From: the human T2T-CHM13v2.0 reference genome, Homo sapiens
Assembly: GCF_009914755.1 (NCBI RefSeq)
Contig: NC_060935.1
DNA length: 64,000 bases
Strand: one strand, 5' to 3'
Position 1 is the first letter of the stretch. The number at the start of each line of letters is the position of its first letter. Both the position numbers and the translations under genes were made by a program. The notes below the pieces were generated by a model. The model searched no databases and was not told the origin of the DNA. It saw only the letters and a program-made list of their open reading frames with translations. Below, one piece after another: positions 1-12,316 of the stretch.

Positions 1-3000
1 TAGTGCAATCTCTCAAAAAGCCATCTTTTTAGAGACAGAAATAAAAGTTATTGTTCCCCTGCTATTCTATTATCAGATGAAGTTTTGGTCCTTTGAAGTG
101 TGAGTAAATTTATTTGTTTAGAGCCTCTCATCTAATTCTTCTAACACTTATCAACTTTCCACTTTTCAATATATTCTCTTTGCTCCAGAAAAAAAAGAGG
201 TTCTGAGTCTCTTCTGTCATGCACTCATCTTTTCCCTTCTTTATTCGAAAAATGAATGACTTCTTACACTAATGTTTTATGTGTAAAGTTTTACATGTCA
301 AGAAAAAGTCTTACTTTTCCAAGTCCAAGACTGATATAAAATGCAATCTCAATGTCTTCCCTGCCTTCTTTTGTCTCTGTAAAAATTAGCAATATTCTTC
401 CCTCCCCTAGCTTTGTTTTTCAACTAAGGCAGGTAAATCTGCTTATAGATCAGCTTCTAACCCAAGCATGCTTACTTTGGAATCTTCCCATAAAAGTGAA
501 TCAGATCGTTTTTGGAATAAGTTGAATTCGTCAATTATTGCAGGGAGTATACTATTTTTTTCCTATTCATTGCCTTTGTTTTCCTTTAATCTTTGCTTTA
601 GCTGGGATGTTTCATAGTTAATAGAAGTGGGAAAATATAGTGTTTTCTAAATATGTACATATCTCTATATTTTAACCAGAATGAAGAGAAGATTGAATTC
701 AATAGTATAGCCTGGTTCTTTCTTTAAACAATTTTAAGGTCAAATGGTTCTCTTCATACTACCCTGATCAGGTGTCACCTCATTTAATTTTCAGGCAATT
801 CACAGGGACTAGCATTCTGAGCAACAAATATGACCAGGGATTCTACATAACTCATTTAATCCTAAAAATTATATTGTTCTAATTTTATTCTTAAAAAAAC
901 TAGATTCAGTAATTCTGAAAAGATCAAATCATCATGATTAAGTAGAAGAACCTGAAGTACAATCTCAGCCTATTTGATTTTAAAATAAACATCCTTTCCA
1001 ATCATCATGTTGTCTCGGATAAGTTGAAAATCTCTCAGTGTATCGCTACATAATCTTAAACTGTAAATTTTTGTAGCTGAAATGGTGAGTAAAATAAAGC
1101 AAAATAAATCATTAAATTATATAAATTTGCATGTTTAAATATAAAACAGTAGATTGAAGACTGACATTTAGTAATTTTGCTGTATTAGATTACATATATT
1201 AAATTATTTTATAAGTAAATTCAATGTTTTTGTGACTTAAACTTTTAATTAACACTTATATTAACAAAAAAGGAGCATACTAGGGAGATTCTAATTTGAA
1301 CTGATGTGTTATCTTTCCTATGAAATATTTTAAAAGTCTCCTCATTAATTATTATTCCTCTGTGCCTCCTGTCGCTATCAAAACAGTCTAAGTCTCCAAG
1401 AAATCTCTCACCACTAGAACTCATCCTCATAAAATTCTGTTCATTTCTTAAAGCGACCTAATCTTTCATTCTTTCCTTATCTCTCAAACATTTTCACTAG
1501 GTCCCTTTGTAACACCTTCTTTCATCAGTAACCCTACTCCCCTATTCTACTTCAAACTATTCTCTGAAGTCTCCTGTTTTGACTCGTATGTTGTTGAAGA
1601 TGTGATAGCCAAAGGAGCCTTTAAAGTGGGAGCTGTAGTTGTTGTTTATTTCCTTCCAATAATCTATGTATTGCAAGGCATAAAGATAGCATATTTATGT
1701 ATCTCATTTCAGCTCCTAGACTACTTGTTATCTCTCAAACACCAAGGATTTCTTCAAGTTGGTGCCATTAGACTTCATTATCTATAAGCTCTCTTTGATA
1801 CTGGCATCTATTAACATTTCTCATTCCTTCTCATTCTTAAATTCTCCTCATTCTTTCACCTAGTTTACCATCCTTCCCTTATGTCACTATTATTATCATT
1901 ATTCTTAACAAAATCAAAATTTATATTGATGATCTACTCAATTACCTGGACTTTTAGATCATTGGCATCTGCATTTCAAATAATGCATTTCTTAATTCCA
2001 CTTTATTTACTATATTCTATCACTTCAACGAATTAAAGGAAAAACATGATAATTTCATTAAAAGGACAAAAATATATTCAAAAAAGTTTAACTCTCCACT
2101 TATAAAAATTATACTCTTCGATTAGAAATATAGAATAACTTTCATAATTAGATAAAGAACATTAACCAGATGCTCATAGTCAGCATAATATCTACTAATT
2201 TAACTAAGAACAAATATATGGATAAAGATGAAAAAATATATATAAAATAAATAAATAAAAATAAATAGTAAAACAAAGGTGATCACATTTAGTGCTTCTC
2301 ATAAGAATTGTCCTAAAGATTTAGACCAATGATTTTAAAAAAGAATGAAAATTTATAAACATTAGGAAAGAAGACATGTCTAGTTTTTTTCCAGAGATGA
2401 TATAGAGTGCAAAATGTTGTTGCTGTATATAACACCAATATACCAAAAATGAATAGAAATTTTATAATTCAAATTATAAATCAAAGAAAATGATTAATGA
2501 TGCATTTATAAGGTAAACTAATCATTTAAGATAAAATGGCAGGATCATAAAATAGTTACAAATCCATGTACTTGATATATTTAAAATTATTGAACAAACA
2601 TAGAGAAAAAATTAAATAGAAATATAACGTATCCACAAATTACTCAATAAAATGAGAATACATGAAACAAAAGTATTCAGAATAAATAATGGAATAAAAA
2701 ACTAAAACCATGGGGAGATGTGAGGAAGAGAGGTTAAAAAGTTTAAGGAAGACTGGACAGTCAAACATATACATAATTAGAAATCCAGATGACAAATAAA
2801 GAAAAATGGATAGAAGCCATATAAAATGATATAATAACAATGTATTTCTAAAATAAACGAAGTGCTTCCTAAGGTTTAAGAAAAACAATGAACTCAAAGC
2901 AGAATATATAGAAAGAAATCCATGTCCCAATTAAGCTGGAGAAAACCAATGAAAATTTGAAAATAGTAAAAGAGCCCAGAGGATAAACAAGCAAAGAAAA

Positions 3001-3390
3001 CACGGATGAATTTCAAAGAAGCAGCAGTAATCCTGAAAGCTGGCCTATGGAAGCTATAGGATAATCTCATGATACATTCAATGTGATTTGTTTTTGCTAA
3101 GATTGGGAGTGAATAGCATTCTAGCTATTTACATCTTTAGCAGAAACCATAAGCCTCTGGAAATTTAATTTAATATTAAAATATCATTATAAATTCTTTG
3201 CCATATTAACAGAGTACAGAAGAAATAAAATGATCATCTTAGTAGATACAAAATAAGTCATTTACAAAATTCAACCTGTATTTGTTATAAAAACTGTTAA
3301 CAAACTTGGAATAAAAGAAGACTTCCTGAATTAAATTGTATAATAATATACCTACTGAAAATGTATAATTGTTGATAAAAATAATTAAAA

Positions 3391-3722
3391 TCTTTCTTCT
3401 TTTTTTCTTCTTTTTTATTTTGACAGACTCTTGCTCTGTTGCCCAGGATGGAATGCAGTGGGACAATCATGGCTCACTACAGCCTCAACATTCCAGGCTC
3501 AATAGATCCTCCCACCTCAGTCTCCAGAGTACTTGGGACTACAAGTGTGAACCACAACACTCAGCTAATTTTTAAATTTTTGTACAGATGGGGCTCCACT
3601 ATGTTGTCCAAGCTGGTCACAAACTCCTAGGCTCAAGCAGTCCTCCCACCTTAGCCACTGAAAGTGCTGGGATTACAGGCACGAGCTGCTGGGATTTCAG
3701 GCATGAACCACTGTGCCTGGCC
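3391..3722 (-). mobile_element. AluJ (Jo-like)
   Basis: Reverse Alu with T-rich tail; J-type motifs ctcctaggctcaagcagtcctcccacc; internal 22-bp tandem duplication 3665-3708. Confidence 0.9.
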
Positions 3723-3831
3723 AGCTTTTTCTTTAAGACTGAAAAAAAGATGTGTGTCATATTATCACTTCTATTCAATATTGTATTAGAGGTCTTATCC
3801 AAGGAAATAAAGAATGATAATTCTTACAGAT

Positions 3832-4233
3832 TGTGTTTATCTGTTTGCATTACTATAAAGGAATACCTGAGACTGGATAATTTATAAAGAAAAAGTTTTA
3901 ATTAACTCACTGGTCTGTATGATGTACAGAAAGTATGGCACTGGCATCTATTTCTGGTGAGGGCCTCAGGAATCTTATAATCATGGTGGAAAGTGAAGGG
4001 AGAGCAGGTGTCCCACACGGTGAAAGAAGGAACAAGGCAAGGGGAGGTCCCATACTTTTAAACAACCAGATCTTGCATGAACTCAGTGAGAACTCACTTA
4101 TCATCAAGAGCATGGTGCTAAACCACGAGGCATCCACCCCTGTAATCCAATCACCTCCCACCAGACCCACTTCCAACTTTGGGAATCACATCTCAACATG
4201 AGAGTTGAAGGGGACAAAATCCATACAATATCA
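3832..4233 (-). mobile_element. MaLR solo LTR, MSTA-like
   Basis: TG...CA ends; ataaaggaatacctgagactgg, ggcctcagga and ccaatcacctcccaccag motifs; 5-bp TSD CAGAT at 3827-3831 and 4234-4238. Confidence 0.88.
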
Positions 4234-4838
4234 CAGATATTAGAAGGAATAAAACTTTCAGTTATAATATGCAAATTTCACAAATTATATACTTACGTTT
4301 AAAAATCCCGAGTATTTACAAATAAAATATTAGATTCATGTCAAAATTTAGCTATGTTGCAGGATTTTAGATCTCTATTAGATATGAGTTATTATTTACA
4401 TATAGTAGTAATAGTTGGAAATTAAAAACAAAACTACTTAAAATAGCATCAAAATATTTTGTGCCTCTGAATAAATCTAAGAAAATATGCGCAAGGCATA
4501 GAAGAAGAAAACTATATAACTACTTAAAGATACTCCAGAAAACCAACATAAATGGGGAAATATACCATGTTCATGAATTTAAAAACTCAAGATGTCAATT
4601 TACAAAAAATGAAAATACAGGTACATTGCAATCTCTGTGAAATCTCTATAGGGTTTTGGAGGGTGGATGAAGAGACTTGATATGCTGATTTTATAATTTT
4701 TATAGGAATACAATGTTTTTAGTCTAGCCCAGATGTTCTGAAAGAACATATATTAAGAAAACTTTACCAGATGGAAATATTTATTACATACCTAACGTTA
4801 CTACTTTAAATATTAGGTAATTACATACCTAGTATAGG

Positions 4839-4959
4839 TATTACATACCTAAAGTAGTAACTTTAGTAATAAATAAAGTTACTACTTAAGGTATGTAATA
4901 AATCAAAGTAAACCCACAATTAGATACCATTAAAGTAGTATAGGGTTATACTACTTTAA
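4839..4959. repeat. Two inverted repeats (27-bp and 13-bp arms)
   Basis: 4839-4865/4874-4900 (1 mismatch, 8-nt loop); 4930-4942/4947-4959 (perfect, 4-nt loop). Confidence 0.9.
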
Positions 4960-4972
4960 GGTTAGACAAAAC

Positions 4973-5155
4973 TGAGAGTTGGCAACATTTGGCTCACAGG
5001 CAAGGCACCCCTTTTTTAAAAGTAAAGCTTTATTGGAACATAGCCATGTCCATTCATTAATGTCTTGTCTGTGGCTGCTTCTATACTACACCAGGTTGCA
5101 ACAAAGACTGTATGGCCCACAGTGTAAAATCTTTGCTATCTGACCTATTAAGAAG
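4973..5155 (+). mobile_element. MER58A-like hAT-Charlie DNA transposon relic
   Basis: taaagctttattggaacatagccatgtccattca...tgtggctgctt...agactgtatggcccaca matches the recalled MER58A consensus. Confidence 0.8.
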
Positions 5156-5319
5156 GGTCAAGAACAATTAAGATGTTCCTTGCACAAGAATAATAAAGCA
5201 AACTAAAAAGCCAGTATCATGTACATATAAAATGTTGATATATGAAAAAGAAAGAACTGCAGAGCAGTTAGGAAAGGTCGGAAATCAAGGACCACTACTT
5301 CACACTAGTAACACATAGA

Positions 5320-5355
5320 TACACACACACAGACACACAGACACACACACACACA
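5320..5355. repeat. Interrupted (CA)n microsatellite
   Basis: acacacacacagacacacagacacacacacacaca. Confidence 0.9.
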
Positions 5356-5784
5356 GCAATTCTGCACAGCTCATATAATCAATAAAACTCCCTCTATTTG
5401 TTAAAAAAAAAAAGTAGGTAAACTTGACCACATTAAGAGTATGAATTTCAGCAATATTTTTAAGAAGTGAAAAATGAGCTATATAGTGGGAAAGGTATTT
5501 TCAATACACATAACTGCTAAAGGCAATACATTTATAATATTTTTGAGTTAAAATATATTAGAAATAGATAACAGGGACATTTGCAGGAAAGAAATAATAA
5601 AAGGAAGAAAAAAGAAAGGAGAAAAGGATGGAGGAAGGGAAAAAGGGAATGAGGAAGATAGAAAAGTAGGAACACATAAAGATTGTATCAGAAAAGAGGA
5701 CACACACACATATGTATAGCCAAATGTTAAAAAAGATAAGCATAATTAGTAATTTATGAATGCAAAGTAAACCCACAATTAGAC

Positions 5785-6140
5785 TGTATTAGTCCGTTCT
5801 CATGCTGCTGTGAAGAAATACCTGAGACCGGGTAATTTATAAAGAGAAGAGGTTTGACTCACAGTTGCGCATGGTTGGGGAGACCTCAGGAAACTTATAA
5901 TCATGGTGGAAGGCAACTCTTCACAGGGTGGCAAGAGAGAATATGAGAGCCAAGAAAAGGCGGAAGCCCCTTATAACCATTGGATCTTCTGAGAACTTAC
6001 TCACTCTCACGACAATAGCATGCGGGAAACCGCCCCCAAGATTCAATTACCTTGCACCAGGTCCCTCCCATGACAGGAGGGGATTATGGGAACCACAATT
6101 CAAGATGAGATTTGGGTAGAGACACAACCAAACTATATAA
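5785..6140 (-). mobile_element. THE1 (C/D-like) MaLR solo LTR
   Basis: tgtattagtccgttctcatgctgct...aattcaagatgagatttgggt; TSD TAGAC/TAGAT (5780-5784, 6141-6145). Confidence 0.92.
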
Positions 6141-7775
6141 TAGATACCACTAAAAATTAAAATTTAAACAAATATAAAATCTGACAATACGAAGATGGAA
6201 AAGATTTGGAGCAACCAGAACTTATAGTGACAGTGAAAATATAAATAAGCCAGAAGAGTTATAGTTTGGCTTTGAAAGCCAAAACAAACATCAGCAGAAA
6301 ACACACAAAGGGTGTTATTTTATACAACTGAAAATTCATATACTCTCAGATTCAGCAATTCTACCCTAAACATCTATTCTGCAGAGCCATGCTTATTTTC
6401 ACCAAGATATATTTACAAGTATGTTTATGGTAAATAAAACTAAATCAAACCCAAAATAAGATCAAGAATAAAATGAAAAAATAATAATGCATTCATACAA
6501 GAAAATATCCAACCACAAAAAAGACAAAAACTATATTTACAAAAAAATCTTGGGTAAATTTTTTAAATGTTATGCTGAGTATAAGAAGAGAGAAAAAAAT
6601 TAATACTAACTGAATATTTTAATTCTTATAAAATAAAAATCAGGAAAAACAAAAGTACAGAGAGGTTATGTGGATGCTTGCTTTGCAAATTGGTAATGCT
6701 ACATGGGTACATTTTATACACACTCAGTGGGCAATATGTAAAAATTTTAAAAGTTTAAAAACTAAAACAACATTTTCAGGAGAAAAAAATGGCAAAAGAC
6801 ATCACAGGCAATTTACTAAAGAGGAAATCAGACGACAAACATATGAAAGGATACTACAACATCGCTAATAGAGAAATTCAAATTAGAACTAGAATTAGCT
6901 GCACGCCTGTCTGAGATGCAAGATGTAAAGTCTGATAACTTATTTGTTTTACTAGTGCTGAACATAACATGTGGAAAATATGTCATTTATACTGGTCTTC
7001 ATAATGTAATTTGATAAAACTATTTTGGAGATCAATTTGATTTGAAAGTTTTGAGACTGTGCATACTTTGGAATTCAGTAATTCCACTTCAAAAAAATCT
7101 ACCCTCAGAAAATATTTGTTATAGATGGACAAGAAGACAAGCATATGAATGTTTACTGTAGCATTCTTAACCATGTGAGAAGATATGCAAACAATGCAAC
7201 CATCTATCAGCAGTCGTATGGAATAATAAATTCACAAGTATCTATTCAGCAGAAGAGTATTTCAATCTAAAATCAATAAACCAACTCTATGTATACTGCT
7301 ATAAATTCATTTCAAAAACATAATGTGGAATAAGAATGACTGCAAAATATTTACAATATGATAGGCAAACACATTCCTTCTAATAGTATGGGTGGGAGTT
7401 TAAATGAAGAGTTACAGATGAGTAGGTTGCTTTATTTTACCAATGAATTAAGAGAATTTCTCAACTCAAAATAAGGAGAAGACAACATTCAGGGCTTGTT
7501 AATATAAGAATAGGAATGAAATAGTCCTTTTGGAAAGTGGAAGAGAGAATTTTTTCAGGGAACTGTAGCATTTTTGCCAGGTGATGCTGAGTTTCCCCTT
7601 GAAATGTATGGTAACAATTTAAATGGAGTCCAGTCAAGAGACATAAAGTTTTTCAACAGCCTTGTTTAGCTGCTAGTGTTAGAATACAGAGAAGGTACAA
7701 ATGTTGCATAGTTGGGGTTTCTCATGACATGTTATTCTTGTATTATTTTTGGGTAAGTCCTTTTGGTCATTATAG

Positions 7776-7776
<1 letters not shown>

Positions 7777-7819
<43 letters not shown>
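7777..7819. repeat. (TG)n microsatellite, ~21 units
   Basis: Pure TG run. Confidence 0.98.
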
Positions 7820-7821
<2 letters not shown>

Positions 7822-8799
7822 TATTTTGCATTTTTCCGGTTTATAACATTCAATGTAGAATTTTTTTCATATAAGTTAGTAACTAATTTGTTTTTCTATT
7901 TTATAGTATCTGCTTTTGGCATTGCAGTAGTGCCAACGGTTGAATTTTTAAAACAGACTCAGGTAAGTAGTCATACAGGTAGAGAACCTACCTGTATGTA
8001 TCAGCCATTGTTCATTCAGCTGAGTCGCATAAGTCCATACATTCCAGGTTTATTTGCAATAACATATCTAAACATACAAAGCACATCCTTACATAACAAT
8101 TTCCTAGGTCATGTGATTGCCAAAAAATTGCACTGGAGTGTTATCAAGAAGGTTAGGAAGAGGTGGAAAATGCCATTAACTCTTCACTTCCAAGCATCAC
8201 CGTTGTATTACTGTCATAAAAGTAATGGGATAGTATTACAACAGGTTTTTTTCTTTTTGTTTTTTATGACATATTATAAGAAGTACTGTTGCTTGAAAGT
8301 TTGGTAAAACACATTTAAATATATCTGGGACTAATGATTTTTTTCTCACTTCACCCTAACTCAGTCATTTTGTTTTTGTTATTTTTTTCACTACTGATTT
8401 ATTTTTACTTTAAAGTTGTATGTATGTTTTCTAATTTTTCTTGAGTCTTACATTCACAGATTAGTAGAAAATTGTAAATTCCATGATTTATACAGTGTTC
8501 TCTCCCATACTTCTTAGTTCTGAACAAACACATTCTGTCCAATTATGAGAATGAAATCCTAGACCCCTTGAAGTGGAGCACATATAAGTGTCAAAATCCT
8601 TATTGGGTAGTATAGTGTCAGTTTTTGCTTATTCTGATTTTCCTTGTGTTTCCATTTATTTCTGGCATCTTGACGGTTTTGTTTTTTTTTTTTCTTGCAA
8701 GCTCAGTGCCACATTAGTACTTTTTGGAGAGTTATATTAATTCAGCCTGTGCTTTTGTAATAGAAAAGCACTTAACTTTCCTCACTTAACTTCCTGGAC

Positions 8800-9480
8800 A
8801 CAATTCACTTCTAGTGATTCGCCTACCTCACTGACCACTTCTTCATGATTCTCTTTATTGATTACTTTTCCTTACTCCTTCCCCTTTCTATATATCAAGC
8901 TTCTAAATAAAACTCAGTTCCGTGCTTTACATAGCATGTTTCCTGATTTTTTTTCTCAATTTTTTCTCAGGTTCTGTCCTGCACCTCCTGCAGTCACCAG
9001 ACTCTATATTCACCTTTTTACTTGCCATCTGGCCTCTTTTATTAAGAGCCGTATTAAACTGACACATCCTAAACAACCTTTTTTGGTTCTACCTGTCCCA
9101 ATCTGCTACTATCAAATGGCAGTACCATTCACTCAGTTGCCCAGGACAAAAACCTAAGGGAGACATATTTTACTTCTTTCCTATTTTTCCTGTATCCTCT
9201 GAAAACTTAACTTCAGAACATTTCTTAGGGTAATTTTGCTTCTTCTTCATCTCTCCTCTATACCCTTACCTCACTTCCCTTCACTCATTACCTTCCAGTC
9301 ACACTGGCATTTTTAGGTTTTCTAACAAGACAATCACAGTCCTCTGCTTAGCACCCACTGCCCTTTAACACCTTCATAAATCTGGCTATATCTGATTATT
9401 TAACTCTCTATTCTAACAACCACATCTGACTGCCCTATGTCAAATACTCCTCCACATATTCTATTATGTTGATGACTTTA
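8800..9480 (+). mobile_element. L2 LINE fragment (3' end continues at ~20180-20290 beyond the provirus)
   Basis: aaatggcagtaccattcactcagttgcccaggacaaaaacct and ccagtcacactggc are L2-like; the L2-type tail ...aataaatgaatgaa lies at 20270-20287. Confidence 0.65.
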
Positions 9481-9510
9481 AATAATAGAGGCTACATTAT
9501 ATTATTTGCT

Positions 9511-9794
9511 TTTATTATTATTTTTCTTTTTGTTTCTTTTACTTTAAGTTCTGGGATACATGTGCAGAATGTGCAGGTCTGTTACATAGGTGTATATGTG
9601 TCATGGTGGTTTGCTGCACCTATCAACTCTTCACCCAGGTTTTAAGCCCTGCATGCATTAGGTATTTGTCCTAATATTCTCCTTCCCCTTGCCCCCCACC
9701 CCTCGACAGGCCCCGGTGTGTGATGTTCCCCTCCCTATGTCCATGTGTTCTCATCGTTCAACTCTCACTTATGAGTGAGAACATGTGGTGTTTG
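9511..9794 (-). mobile_element. L1PA (PA7/8-like) 3' UTR, severely 5'-truncated
   Basis: tactttaagttctgggatacatgtgcag...ttttaagccctgcatgcattaggtatttgtcc...cttatgagtgagaacatg. Confidence 0.92.
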
Positions 9795-9839
9795 CTTTTC
9801 TTTTTTATCCTATTACTTTTAAATTATTTTTCCCCTTAG

Positions 9840-10529
9840 TGAAACCAGCCTCATTGTCTGACGTGTCACCTGAAGTTCTTGGTCTCACAGCCAAGGACAC
9901 TAAGGACAAGGACACTCCAAACATGAGGATAGAGCAGTTTAATAAGCGAAAGGAAGAAGGCTCTCTGGAGCAGAGAGGGGTCCCAGAAAGATGGGCTGCT
10001 ATTTTACAGTGACATGCAAGGGCATTTATAGACAAGCTGAAGGGGAGTGGCGCTTCATTTGCATAAGGCACAAATTTCTGAGTTCCCACCTCCACCCTTT
10101 CTGGTGCCCATGCGGGCTTCTTAGCCTGAATTACTCCATGTTGTTTACCTCTTCTTGCTGCACATGTGTAAAAAAGGCGGGGGGCAGAACACTCCAAGGT
10201 GGATGTGCCTGGTTCAGGGTAGCTCTTCTTATCAGTGCTGCTGCAGGCACTCCCCCTGCACAAGCCTCCTTGTCTGAGTATTTCCAAGAAGGGAGGGGAC
10301 TGTGCTTACTGGAGCCCACTGTATATCTGTATGTCACACAGGAGGCCCCTTTCTGTGTTAGAGCTTGCCTTCGCTATCTGTGTTTGCAGCCTAATATCTA
10401 AGGCTGCTCTTTGCTGAAGGAGAAATGACCTCTTGGGCTGCTTTTTGTCAGAAGAGAGGCTGTTTTTTGTTAGAAAAGAATTTTACTGTAACTATCTGCC
10501 TAGTTGATTTCTCTCTCTCTCCTCTCACA
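9840..10529 (-). mobile_element. 3' LTR (690 bp; LTR9/MER61-group-like)
   Basis: Element strand TGTGAGAGG...GGTTTCA; octamer 10057-10064, TATAAA 10025-10030, ATTAAA 9938-9943; direct repeat of 19562-20171. Confidence 0.95.
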
Positions 10530-10540
10530 TTCCCCCTTCA
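10530..10540 (-). other. Polypurine tract
   Basis: TGAAGGGGGAA directly precedes the TG of the 3' LTR on the element strand. Confidence 0.85.
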
Positions 10541-10633
10541 GGAGGGGAGACCCTGACTTCTGTTAGGGAGTTTGGGCAATGACTCATCTAGCTACTTCCT
10601 GCTGGAGAGGATCGCTGAGTGGGGAAACAGCAG

Positions 10634-12316
10634 CTAGGGTTCCTCCTGAGGTCGATCTAGAGGTCCTAGGTAGGATGGAGTGTCCACATGTGGCTCCATT
10701 TGTAACACCATTTAGAGTCTGATAGCTTCTAGCCAAGGAGAGATGAATCTGGTTAGAAGGTTTAACAAACATGGTCCAAAAATTAAAACTAGTACAATCA
10801 TTAATAGCGGGCCTGACAAAAAAAGGAGCCATGATCCTCAATTCAGCCATTTAGACCAAGAGCCCCATGACTCAGACTGCCGTTGTCATATCTTAGAGGC
10901 CCAGTCTGCTAATTTTTGGGTGGCAACCCTTACTATCCCTGATTGGTTGAAACAGTATTGTTACTCTAGAAAGAGGCATAGGCCACCCTTTTCAGCAGTT
11001 AGGAGGTCTAGTCCCTTCCTGTTTTATAGAGTGACTGCTGCCATGAAATCTATTTGATTTTGTATAGCATTAATGGTTCAGGCAATGTCCTTTACACTTT
11101 CTGTAAAATCTTTGGACAAGTCTTGATAGTAGGGTAGAGAGGTTGCAAATCCTCCAACTCCTGTCCCTACACTTGCTGCGATTCCTAATCCTACCAAAAG
11201 GGGTATGAACTGGATAGCTTGTTTATGCTAAGGGATTGGTTGTTGGGGGCTATATTAATTTCAGGAGCTAGGTAAACAAGCATACAGTTTCCAGTCCAGT
11301 TGGCTGGTAAACATAAGTAGGAGTTGGTTCTGCACAGAAAGAAGACTCTCTTGTTTTTCAAGGCAGAAATTATTTTCTGTGGAGAATATATAGGTTAGTT
11401 TGCAATTTTAATTTTCCAAGGTGGTTAGGGTTCCTGCCAAGGTGGCCCCAGTTAAAGGTTGGAAAGGACCCTGGGAAATATCCTGTTTTACCCCAACAGT
11501 TTTGTTTTCCCAGTGTAGGTAGTTGCATTTGATATCCACCAGCAGCCACTCAGAACTTTCTTCATACTGGGGAACTAACAGGCACTAAGATACCTCAGCG
11601 GTTGTACAATCTTCCCAAGGGAAAATGTGAACACAACTAGTGAGTCTATTTATACAATACCCAGATTGCACACCCCTCAAAGTCCCCTTATTTATGGATG
11701 GTCTCCCTGAGGATTGTACAGGTCTTCTAAATGGTGCCGTTTGGGAAAACATGTAGTTTACATGATCATGCGAGGGGTTAATCTCTAGGGTTTAGTTGCT
11801 TTGATGTCCTCTTAAGGTCCCCAGGTCCTGACAAAAATGTTGGCTTCTCATAATACAAAGTGGTGCTTGAAACTTTATTTCTGTGTATGTTGATATTGGG
11901 CCCCAAATGGGTTTTGGCGGGGATACAACCCTAGAAACTTTACCTTGATAGGACTGGAGAAGGTTTACTGCTTGACCTGTTAGTGTGACCCTTGTCATCT
12001 CATTAATCTGAAAGTTATACAAATTATTCAAGTTCATTACCATAAAGGGGACTTCCCCCTTGTATTTGGGGTAATAGGTCATCTTATTAAGTGCACAATA
12101 TCTGGCTGGGACTGGGATGGTCGTGTATTGAGATGAGGATGATAGACAAAGCCAGCAGTCCCTTGCCAAAGTTTGGTTGGTGGTGTTTAACAACTTCTGT
12201 GCTAGATTTAAAGTCTTTAAAAGGTACCCTTAATTTATTAATTGTTGGAGGGGTACAGCAAAACCTGGTAGCATGATGAGGCTAATTCCTAATATATACA
12301 GGCTGTGGGTGGCCAT
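10634..12316 (-). pseudogene. env: Gamma-type envelope, multiple stops
   Basis: Signal peptide MATHSLYILGISLIMLPGFA in frame with LNTTNQTLARDCWLCL (CxxC); fusion peptide AIQFIPLLVGLGI; ISU L*NRKGLDLLTAEKGGLCLFL; TM ...IFGPCLLNLL; ends GPLDRPQEEP*. Confidence 0.93.

Larger units (their letters stand above)
2010..7350 (+). mobile_element. Old fragmented LINE-1 (L1M/L1ME-type) ORF1/ORF2/3' remnants hosting younger insertions
   Basis: A-rich plus strand with decayed L1 ORF2-like segments (~2010-2150, ~3200-3390, 3730-3820, 4540-4620) and the L1 motif atgcaaagtaaacccacaat...agataccac; boundaries approximate. Confidence 0.6.

Noticed and set aside
7888-8307. 139-aa plus-strand ORF in non-repeat DNA
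   Set aside because: TTG start, no recognisable domain, no convincing exon boundaries
9805-10401. 136-160 aa ORFs in the LTR, with counterparts at 19524-20044
   Set aside because: Frames, starts and stops differ between the two LTRs; similarity only reflects the LTR duplication
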